From Candidatus Thorarchaeota archaeon (GTDB lineage: Archaea > Asgardarchaeota > Thorarchaeia > Thorarchaeales > Thorarchaeaceae), in assembly GCA_016933575.1 (NCBI GenBank), contig JAFGAR010000146.1, positions 50,130 through 114,129 on the forward strand: a DNA stretch of 64,000 nt, given 5' to 3'. The position numbers and the translations under genes were made by a program. Below the pieces are notes generated by a model that was not told the origin of the DNA, searched no databases, and saw only the letters and a program-made list of their open reading frames with translations. How positions within the stretch are numbered: position 1 is the first letter of the stretch; each line of letters starts with the position of its first letter. Positions 48,755 through 56,830 of the stretch are shown here, piece by piece.

Positions 48755-49183
48755 ATGACGTACCAGATTCCACTAGAGCTTATCGTAGATGATATTCCGA
48801 TAAACTCTGTTGTGGGCAGAAATAAAAAGGAAAACCGGACAGCTGCAGCCGCAGCACCGCTTTTGCTTCTAATGCTACCATTTGCAGTTGGATTCCTTTG
48901 GTATGGTATAGGTGTTATGGGACCGACTATGTCCGTAATGCCATCAACAGGAATTGCGCCAAGTAGTGGTGAGTTCATAGTATTTGTCGCTGTATATGGT
49001 CGCTTACCTAACATTCAGGATTGGATAGCAATACTGGTAGCTGCTGGAATAGCGCCGTTCATTGCAATAGGAATGGCCTGGGCCTTGGTCAAACTAGGTA
49101 TCATAGGCATGGCTGTGCTTGAAGGATTCCTTAGTGCAACAGGTATAGGCATAGCTGTAGCGGCAGCAATTGTAGCCGCGTAA
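48755..49183 (+). CDS. Putative circular-bacteriocin-like precursor peptide
   Basis: GGAGG RBS; leader with a basic patch and hydrophobic helix; about 69-aa Ala/Gly/Ile-rich C-terminal part ending IVAA; followed by M48 and SpoIIM genes. Confidence 0.6.
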   Translation: MTYQIPLELIVDDIPINSVVGRNKKENRTAAAAAPLLLLMLPFAVGFLWYGIGVMGPTMSVMPSTGIAPSSGEFIVFVAVYGRLPNIQDWIAILVAAGIAPFIAIGMAWALVKLGIIGMAVLEGFLSATGIGIAVAAAIVAA

Positions 49184-49201
49184 GAACAGTTCAATTTCGA
49201 C

Positions 49202-49220
49202 GGGGCGTTTTTTAAGCCCC
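49202..49220 (+). terminator. Short hairpin between precursor and processing genes
   Basis: GGGGC-GTTTTTTAA-GCCCC, 18 nt after the precursor stop. Confidence 0.4.
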
Positions 49221-49261
49221 TCCCTCCAAAGTACAAGATATGTGAGAATGGATGAAAAAAA

Positions 49262-50326
49262 ATGTCAAATTTTGAACTTGTAAAAAATGGGCTCAGTATT
49301 ACTAGTCGTCGTCAACGCTTTTTCCTATCAGTGGTTTCTATTGGTGCAGGAGCTATCCTAATTCCTCTCTCTTACATATGGATTATCCAGCCGCTTGAAA
49401 TAGGACTAATAGCGCCGCTATTTACTTTCAGTATTTTGGTGTTGATTCAACTTAGTGTCATAAAAGCAAATCATACACTTGAAATTGAAACAAGGGCTGT
49501 TGACGCGAGTTTTGGTGAGTTTCTTCGTTTTTCATTTCCTAATGTAATCTTCTACAATCTATTGTTTCTTTCAGTATCTATCGTGGTTGTATTAATTGAC
49601 AACATAAGCGAAAATATACTATTACTCGGAATTGGAGGCAATGCCCTCATTATCTCTTTACTTGCTCTAATGATCAACTGGCCTGGAGGCACTCTTTTAC
49701 CAATCCAAGGGTTTCGAGAATTGGATCCAGAGAAATATCCTAAAATTATGAGTGTCCTTGAACGATCAAATCTTGAGATTCATTTGATTGGATTTCTTCC
49801 ACTCAGAAAAATAAAAGTCATCAATGCATATCAATGGGGATCTAAGAAGAATGCTGTGATAGCTATTTCGGACTACCTTGAACAGATTTTGACTGAGGAA
49901 GAAATTGCTGCAGTGGTTGCCCATGAACTAGGACATATCAAGAATCACCATTTTTCCAAGATGATTATTACTCTCTCAATCTCGCCATTGATTCTAATCA
50001 ATTTCTATTGCTTGTATTCTATTTTTGACATCTATCAGTACTTGAATGAAGTACAGATGTTGTTACTCTTAGCAATTCTTGGATTTCTTGCATTAGGTGT
50101 TCCACTAACAGTAATACCATGGATATCTAGGCGGCGGGAAGTGCAAGCAGACGAATACGCTGCTTGTCTGGTGGGCAGAGAGATTATTGCATCAGCACTC
50201 AGAAAACTAGTAGATAATGAGGTAGTGTTTTGGGATGTTGACAAACGAATTGAATTTCTTCTTAGTCATCCTAGTATTAGCAAACGTGTAACCACAATAG
50301 AATATTCTGATTCTGGGGAAAAGTAG
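49262..50326 (+). CDS. M48 (HtpX/Ste24-like) membrane zinc metalloprotease with extra N-terminal TM helices
   Basis: INAY, EEIAAVVAHELGH, REVQADEYA, SHPS...RV. Confidence 0.9.
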   Translation: MSNFELVKNGLSITSRRQRFFLSVVSIGAGAILIPLSYIWIIQPLEIGLIAPLFTFSILVLIQLSVIKANHTLEIETRAVDASFGEFLRFSFPNVIFYNLLFLSVSIVVVLIDNISENILLLGIGGNALIISLLALMINWPGGTLLPIQGFRELDPEKYPKIMSVLERSNLEIHLIGFLPLRKIKVINAYQWGSKKNAVIAISDYLEQILTEEEIAAVVAHELGHIKNHHFSKMIITLSISPLILINFYCLYSIFDIYQYLNEVQMLLLLAILGFLALGVPLTVIPWISRRREVQADEYAACLVGREIIASALRKLVDNEVVFWDVDKRIEFLLSHPSISKRVTTIEYSDSGEK

Positions 50327-50328
50327 AG

Positions 50329-51456
50329 ATGACTCGGAAAAAACCACAAAAAACTCCAAGGCATACAAGTATCGTTGAAACATCCGATTCAACTGAACTC
50401 TCAGTTGAAGCAGCATCTCCCGGAACAAGATTTGTAGCTGGAATGATCGATTTCTTGATAGTGGTGTGCTGCTCTACCCTAATTGCAGCATTACTGAGTA
50501 TAAACCCAATTTTCTTTCAAATTGCCATATTCTATTTTCTTGATGTCGGTGGGATTCTGACACTTCTACTAAGCGCTACAGGTCTTCTAGGTATGCTTTT
50601 TCTATTCTTTTTCTCCTTTGTTTATTTCACTCTAGAGGGTATTTTTGGTCTATCTGTTGGCAAGTATTTCTTCAGTCTCAGGATTGCAGGCGAACGGAAA
50701 TGGGAAAATATACTACTCAGATCATTTATCAAATCAATACCGCCTGTTAGTCTAATTGACTTTCTCTTTGTATTCAAGAAATTGAAGTACACTCAGCGAT
50801 ATTCCGATTCTTTTCTCGCGCTCGGTATTGCCAAACTAAAATTCGAATCTAAAAAATCGAAGCTTTTTCTAAATGCGGAAGATACACCATATATTGTATC
50901 TGGGTTTATCATGTTCTTTCTACCACTGATTGTTTACGTTTTATACAACACATTATTTTCACAATTACCTCCCGCAATCTTACCTCCAGATCCTGAATCT
51001 GCCTTTCCATATTCTCCCAGTATCTCTTTCTTACTACAGATTTTCATTAATAATTTCTATCTTGCTTATACTTACTATGTATTTGGAGGATTGCTTCTTA
51101 GTTTTCCAATGACCATGCAAGTTTTCTTTCAGGGCTTTACAAGCGGCATGATGATATCAGGTATTCTCATGTCATATCCCTCTTTCCTATTGTTTGGCAT
51201 CATTCCTCACCTTCTCTTTGAGGGTCTTGGATTTGCATTTCTTATCGCTACTGGTTTGATTCTGACAGAGACTCTGATGGATTTGTTCTCTCGATACAGA
51301 AAAGGCAAGAGTCTTAGCTCAAACAGATCATTCTTAGGAACCCAACTGATTCGAGTTATCAAGCTCTTCTTAGTAGGTGTGTTGATACTTTTCATAGGTT
51401 CTTTAATTGAGGTCTACATTACTCCCTACATTTTACTCAATTTCTATTTCTATTGA
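50329..51456 (+). CDS. RDD domain fused to a SpoIIM/DUF95 membrane domain
   Basis: RDD: RFVAGMID, G.SVGKYFF.LRI, LLRS, QR..D. SpoIIM: IFINN, GIIPHLLFE, SLIEVYITP. Confidence 0.85.
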   Translation: MTRKKPQKTPRHTSIVETSDSTELSVEAASPGTRFVAGMIDFLIVVCCSTLIAALLSINPIFFQIAIFYFLDVGGILTLLLSATGLLGMLFLFFFSFVYFTLEGIFGLSVGKYFFSLRIAGERKWENILLRSFIKSIPPVSLIDFLFVFKKLKYTQRYSDSFLALGIAKLKFESKKSKLFLNAEDTPYIVSGFIMFFLPLIVYVLYNTLFSQLPPAILPPDPESAFPYSPSISFLLQIFINNFYLAYTYYVFGGLLLSFPMTMQVFFQGFTSGMMISGILMSYPSFLLFGIIPHLLFEGLGFAFLIATGLILTETLMDLFSRYRKGKSLSSNRSFLGTQLIRVIKLFLVGVLILFIGSLIEVYITPYILLNFYFY

Positions 51457-51527
51457 AATTTATGATTTCCAAAAGCCTCATAATGGACACGCCCCCGAAT
51501 CAATTCAATCTAATTGAGGAATTTGAG

Positions 51528-52886
51528 ATGGACTATTACAAATCCGCTGGCGTTGAACCAATTGGAAATGATCAACGTACACATTACAGTAACCAAGTGA
51601 CCAAAGATATCATTGGAAAAGACATCGTACTTATCGGTTGGACACACATATTACGAGATAAGGGTAAAATAAAATTCCTAATTCTCAGGGATGAACATGG
51701 TACAGTCCAGATTGCAATCCCTCAAGCTAAAGTGCCAGAGGATGTTTTTGAAACATCAGCACAGCTAAAACCTGAAACAGCAATTGCTGTGCATGGGAAA
51801 GTTGTAGCAACAAATCAACTTCCTTCTGGAGCTGAAGTTCTTCCAACTAAGATTCGTATTCTAAATACTGCAGAACGGCTCCCAATCGATATTGTGGAGG
51901 GGAAGGTAGACATTGAACTTGACACCCGCCTCAATTATAGAGTTCTCGACCTTCGAAAACCGTCAATTAATGCCATCTTCAGGATTCAACACAATCTTGT
52001 CAGATTTGCCAGAGAATATCTTGAGAAGAATGACTTTGTCGAGATACACACTCCAAAGATAGTAGCCGCTGCAACAGAGGGCGGCGCAAACCTGTTTGAA
52101 GTTCAGTACTTTGAGAAGAAGGCATACCTTGCACAGAGTCCTCAATTCTACAAGCAACTTATGCTCTTGGCTGGATTTGGCCGTGTCTTCGAGATTGCTC
52201 CTGTATTTCGAGCAGAGAAACACAATACTAGGCGCCACGTCAATGAGTACACCTCTTTTGATTTTGAGATGGCTTGGATCAGTGGTGTCGAGGATGTTAT
52301 GAGGATGGAAGAGCGTATGTTGAACCACTCGTTCAAGAAGACAAAGGAAGTGGCTGCATCAGAGCTAGAACTTCTTGGCATAGACCTCGTGGTTCCTAAG
52401 GTCCCATTCAAGAGAATCAAGTATGTAGAAGCCATTGATCTCTTGAACAATGCTGGTAAAGACTTGAAAATCAATGATGACCTTGACCCCGAAAGTGAAC
52501 AGATTCTAGGTCAAATCTTTCCCGAGAAGTTTGGAACTGATATGGTCTTTATTACTCACTATCCCCTAGAACTTAGACCCGCTTATACCATGCCCAGCAT
52601 GACCGATGAAGGAATGACTGAGAGTTTCGATCTCACCTATAAAGGAATGGAGATTACAACTGGCAGTCAACGAATTCACCTCTACGATTTACTTGTTGAG
52701 CGATTCAAAGCAAAAGGCTTCAACCCTGAGGACTTCACGTTCTATCTTGATCCTTTCAAGTATGGTGCGCCTCCTCATGGTGGACTTGGTCTTGGTGTTG
52801 AACGACTGACAATGCAGATTCTTGGCATAGACAATATCCGTGAGGCAACATTGCTACCACGAGATAGAGACCGCTTAACACCCTAG
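51528..52886 (+). CDS. aspS: Aspartyl-tRNA synthetase (archaeal type)
   Basis: OB domain GW...RD.G...F..LRD, TRLNYRVLDLR, LAQSPQFYKQ, FRAE, GAPPHGG.GLG.ER, PRD..RL.P; start at ATG 51528. Confidence 0.95.
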   Translation: MDYYKSAGVEPIGNDQRTHYSNQVTKDIIGKDIVLIGWTHILRDKGKIKFLILRDEHGTVQIAIPQAKVPEDVFETSAQLKPETAIAVHGKVVATNQLPSGAEVLPTKIRILNTAERLPIDIVEGKVDIELDTRLNYRVLDLRKPSINAIFRIQHNLVRFAREYLEKNDFVEIHTPKIVAAATEGGANLFEVQYFEKKAYLAQSPQFYKQLMLLAGFGRVFEIAPVFRAEKHNTRRHVNEYTSFDFEMAWISGVEDVMRMEERMLNHSFKKTKEVAASELELLGIDLVVPKVPFKRIKYVEAIDLLNNAGKDLKINDDLDPESEQILGQIFPEKFGTDMVFITHYPLELRPAYTMPSMTDEGMTESFDLTYKGMEITTGSQRIHLYDLLVERFKAKGFNPEDFTFYLDPFKYGAPPHGGLGLGVERLTMQILGIDNIREATLLPRDRDRLTP

Positions 52887-52982
52887 TCTTGACTGGATAA
52901 TACTCTCTCTTAAAGCACCAATAGTAGAGGTTGTTTTGTCAGCTTAGTGCAGACTATCAGTATATAGAAGGAACTATCCATC

Positions 52983-53741
52983 ATGCAGGAGCGACTTGAA
53001 ACAGAACTCTATGCATCTATTGCAACCCTTGATCAATTGAAAAAGATGTTTGACCTTGGTGCTATTGACAATAGGTCATTCCAGAGAGAATCTCAGGCAC
53101 TTCTCCAAGAAGTACATCATCATATTGATAGTCTAAAACGTGTGGGTCTGGATATTAGCAAATTCATTACTGGTGAACAGATTACCGAAGCTTTTCCCGA
53201 TGCCGCTGACTTGCTTAGACTACGAGAATACCCTTCTGTACGATCGCTTCATGGAATGTCTTCAGATCAATATTATGACTATATTGGACTAGCTATTCTA
53301 GATGTTGCCACAGAACATGCATCTAAGGGTCTCATGGGTCTTGCTGAGTTAATTGTTGAAGTTGTAAGGTGTTTACCTGAATTAAAGACAGTAACTTACA
53401 ACGATGTTATTGAGGCGGTGAACCGAGTTGCTGAACATGGTCTTCTTCCAGGCATTCGAACACTTCGTGGCGGGGTGAAGGTTGTTGAGCTAAGGCCTCT
53501 GGAGCTACGTCGTGATCAAGCAGATGTTGTAAATCTTGCCGCCTCACGTGGGCATATCTCTGTTGAAGAAGTAATGATGCAACTGAAATGGTCCGAGGAC
53601 CACGCAAGACAGGTCTTAGCAAGCCTTGTTGAAACTGGCATGGCTGTTGCAGACATTCGTTTCTCAACTGGTGGAAGGTACTACTTCCCTGGTCTTCGTT
53701 CAAGAGATACCGCTGAGCCTCATGGTACTGGTCCATACTAA
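52983..53741 (+). CDS. ESCRT-II Vps22/Vps36-like (EAP30) tandem winged-helix protein with N-terminal Vps28-like helical hairpin
   Basis: YY..IG..I, GL..L.EL, D...A, P.EL..D...V..LA...G..S......L.W...A...L..L...G....D, YYFP match EAP30. Confidence 0.85.
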   Translation: MQERLETELYASIATLDQLKKMFDLGAIDNRSFQRESQALLQEVHHHIDSLKRVGLDISKFITGEQITEAFPDAADLLRLREYPSVRSLHGMSSDQYYDYIGLAILDVATEHASKGLMGLAELIVEVVRCLPELKTVTYNDVIEAVNRVAEHGLLPGIRTLRGGVKVVELRPLELRRDQADVVNLAASRGHISVEEVMMQLKWSEDHARQVLASLVETGMAVADIRFSTGGRYYFPGLRSRDTAEPHGTGPY

Positions 53742-54466
53742 GTAACTACGATAATTGCACCCCTCTTCTTATCAACCCACTCGGCAAATCCCTTCTCTAC
53801 CATGAGTGCCAAGACAATATAGAGGTCCTTTTCTGGTAATTTAGCAAAACTCTCCTCTGATTCTTGGATCACTATTGATTTCACATCAAGTCTTAGTTTG
53901 CCATGCTTCAATGCCCACTCATACAAGTAATCTGCCCAATCCTCTAGAGGTCTCCAGTAGACTCTTAGTTGCCTCTTTCGTTTGTCCATCCATTCGGCTA
54001 CTTCTTTGTCGATAAGAATCTGTACTATTATCTTAAAGGAATCTACCTTGTTTCTAAGATCCTTGAATGGTGGCTCACTGATGAATACAGACAATGAGAG
54101 AATATGGACATCATTATGTTCTGCCCATTGAAGTATGAAGTCCGCCCACTCTTCTGCCCAGAGGATCTTATCCTCCTCCCTTGAGGGTATGCCATACATC
54201 CACTCGCTCTCGATTGGTCCTCCCCAGGAGGGCATCAAAATCTCAAATTCCGTTGTCACTTCTTGAAGAGTTTCCTCAACTACTTGAGGTTCGGAGCTTT
54301 GGATATCTCTTGTTTCAGTAGTTTCTTTTTTTTCTACAATGACTTCTGGAGAGTGGGTCTGTTCCATAGTAGTTACCTTCTCAGGTACATCCACAGACTC
54401 TGTTTCTAGTGGTTCCTGAGAGACCTCTTTTTTTGACTTCTCTCTCCTCTTCTCTTTCATTCCCAC
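53738..54466 (-). CDS. ESCRT-II Vps25-like protein with acidic N-terminal extension
   Basis: W...IL.W, AEW.DK.K....V.WR..E.WA..LY.W match Vps25. Confidence 0.85.
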   Translation of the reverse strand: MGMKEKRREKSKKEVSQEPLETESVDVPEKVTTMEQTHSPEVIVEKKETTETRDIQSSEPQVVEETLQEVTTEFEILMPSWGGPIESEWMYGIPSREEDKILWAEEWADFILQWAEHNDVHILSLSVFISEPPFKDLRNKVDSFKIIVQILIDKEVAEWMDKRKRQLRVYWRPLEDWADYLYEWALKHGKLRLDVKSIVIQESEESFAKLPEKDLYIVLALMVEKGFAEWVDKKRGAIIVVT

Positions 54467-54469
54467 TCT

Positions 54470-55699
54470 TTAGGAACCCTCCGCCCAGTCAATGTATCTT
54501 CTGACATCCTCTGGGGGAGTAGCAGGTCTGATATTCTCAATAGCACTCAAGAAGTCATCCCTTGACACAGGTCGGATGTCTAAAATCTCTCTCTCATCAT
54601 CCATTCTTCCAGAACGCTGCAGGTCTCTTATTGGTTCCATAGATGCCTCTCTACAGACGATACTGATATCTCTCCCACTGTACCCCTCTGTGAGATCTGC
54701 AAGTTCTTCATAATCGACAGCTGGCGAGACCTCAATCTCTTCCATATGTATTTCCAGTATTGCCGCTCGTGCGGCTTTATCTGGTAACGGTACATGTAAT
54801 TTCTTCTCGAATCTAGACCTGAGTGCAAAGTCAATCTCCCATGGAAGATTCGTTGCTCCAATCACTGTCACTCTCTCATTCTGATTACTAGCAAGTCCTT
54901 GAAGTTCAGTGAGCAACTGTGTCTTCATTCGTCTCTCCCCGCCAACATCATCCCCAGAACGTGATACACCTATAGAGTCTAGTTCGTCGATGAATATGAT
55001 TGCTGGCTGATTCTTTCGTGCAAGTTCAAAGAGATGCATGACGAGACGCTCAGACTCACCAAGCCATTTACTTACAATATTAGCTGCTGACACATTGAAA
55101 AATGTGGCATTCACTTCGGATGCAACAGCTTTGGCGATAAGGGTCTTTCCACAACCAGCTGGACCATAAAACAGGATTCCTCTCCATGGCTGTCTTGCTT
55201 TTCCTTTGAATAACTCTGGATGTTTCATTGGTGTAATAATAGCATCACTGATTGCCTGTTTTGCATCCTGTAGACCAGCAACTTCTGACATCTTGATATT
55301 TGGCCGTTCAGAGATGATAGTATCTGATATCATTTCTCGGAGACGTTTTGTATCTTCATCAACATCTTGGTCCACAGATGTTTTTTGTCCAACTGAAACT
55401 GATTCTGCAGGACCAAAATCCGCCTTGGGTGGTTCTGTAAGACCATCTATTGGTCCTGCAGTCTTCTTTTTAATTCCTGAGAGAAATCTCACTCGATCTA
55501 CGCATTCCTGTGCTCGGTCGAAGTAATGTTTTCTGATTGATGGCAGCGATGCCGAATTTGACAATTTGATCAGAATCTTACTTGCCTTAAGGTAGAGCTG
55601 ACAAGCCTCGTTCTTAATCCCTCTCTGATCAAGTTCAATTGCTCTATCAAGTAGGCTCTTGAGGCCTCTATCCAACCGGTCATTATCTGATCCAGCCAT
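54470..55699 (-). CDS. vps4: Vps4 AAA+ ATPase (MIT + AAA)
   Basis: MIT: RAIELD..G...EA..LY..A; ERPN.K...VAGL..AK, PWRGIL.YGP.GCGKT, SKWLGESE, FIDE, GATN.PW. Confidence 0.95.
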   Translation of the reverse strand: MAGSDNDRLDRGLKSLLDRAIELDQRGIKNEACQLYLKASKILIKLSNSASLPSIRKHYFDRAQECVDRVRFLSGIKKKTAGPIDGLTEPPKADFGPAESVSVGQKTSVDQDVDEDTKRLREMISDTIISERPNIKMSEVAGLQDAKQAISDAIITPMKHPELFKGKARQPWRGILFYGPAGCGKTLIAKAVASEVNATFFNVSAANIVSKWLGESERLVMHLFELARKNQPAIIFIDELDSIGVSRSGDDVGGERRMKTQLLTELQGLASNQNERVTVIGATNLPWEIDFALRSRFEKKLHVPLPDKAARAAILEIHMEEIEVSPAVDYEELADLTEGYSGRDISIVCREASMEPIRDLQRSGRMDDEREILDIRPVSRDDFLSAIENIRPATPPEDVRRYIDWAEGS

Positions 55700-55942
55700 G
55701 CGAGTTCATGTCTACACAACCCGTAGGATGTTAAGACTTTCTGTGCTGATTATCGCATGATACATTTAGCGCCTTCTTGAGAGAATATTTGTGAAGGAAT
55801 TGGTAGATACAAAATAAACTGTCAAATTTGGATATAAATCAGATAACAATTGATACTACCTATGCTGACCAATACTAGTTGTGGACCTCTCTGCCTTCAT
55901 AACAGAAGGAAGCACATCACCAGAATCTGGTCCAGAAAAAGG

Positions 55943-56098
55943 TCATTCTTTCCCGCCGTCTTCAATTGTCCACCCATATGTATCAATAATATGCTGTCTT
56001 GCATCAGCAGCAGCGCCTGCGCTGTATTTTGAACCTCCCCCATGAAAAGCAACACCATGCTGCAAGATCAACTGCGACCATCCAATCAACAGGCTGTC
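55943..56098 (-). pseudogene. Remnant of a DUF285/BspA-like surface protein C-terminal cap
   Basis: Minus frame reads DSLLIGWSQLILQHGVAFHGGGSKYSAGAAADARQHIIDTYGWTIEDGGKE*; upstream in-frame stop at 56158 and no ATG. Confidence 0.6.
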
Positions 56099-56204
56099 CC
56101 CATATTGACCTATGCTAGACTGGATGTTTAAACGGAATCCTGAACTGCGAAGGTTTTAAACGCTTACTTCTCTATCAACTGCTTGAAATAGTGCTCAACA
56201 CAGG

Positions 56205-56822
56205 GTGAACATCGTGCCATCAATTAGAAAGGCGTTTGCTTGGGGAAAGAAGAAACCTGACATCGGTGAAGTTTCGAGCCGTCTGAGAATCCTCAGTAAA
56301 CAACTTGCTCGACAACGAAACAAACTCGAAAAGGAAGAACGTGACACACGGGCTCGAGCAGTGCGAGCACGAAAGGGTGGGCAAACGGATGCATATCGAA
56401 CCTATGCGATGGAGATGGTCCGATTTCGACGATATGCACTCTCTGTGGACAAATCACGCCTTCAGATCCTGAAGATTTTGGCACACCTTAATCGAGCACA
56501 GACATCAGCTAAGACGTCCCTTGCCTTACAAGAAGTAGCCAAAATATTAGGAATGCTAGGTGACTCGACTGATGCATCAAAAGTAGTAGCGAACGTTGAT
56601 GAAATTGCACGTCGTCTTGAAGAGTTTGAGATTGAATCTAGTATTTCCGACGAGGCTCTCGATTCCACCATGGAGATATCATCTGATGATCTTGATGATG
56701 CCCTAGCTGAAATAGATGCTGAAGCTGGTCTAGGCGAGGCTGCTCCAGTACGGAGACCAAAGAGTGAGATAGAGTCCTTAGAAGATGATATCAAATCTCT
56801 TGAACGCGAACTTGGGATGTAG
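56205..56822 (+). CDS. ESCRT-III (Snf7 family, Vps2/24/46-like class)
   Basis: Amphipathic N-terminus (IRKAFAWGKKK), basic helix 1, AYRTYAMEMVRFRR, acidic C-terminal half; start may be GTG 56214. Confidence 0.9.
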   Translation: MNIVPSIRKAFAWGKKKPDIGEVSSRLRILSKQLARQRNKLEKEERDTRARAVRARKGGQTDAYRTYAMEMVRFRRYALSVDKSRLQILKILAHLNRAQTSAKTSLALQEVAKILGMLGDSTDASKVVANVDEIARRLEEFEIESSISDEALDSTMEISSDDLDDALAEIDAEAGLGEAAPVRRPKSEIESLEDDIKSLERELGM

Positions 56823-56830
56823 ACCCAGAT

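Noticed and set aside
55850-56032. 60-aa plus-strand ORF
   Set aside because: Largely antisense to the DUF285-like remnant, with no recognisable features
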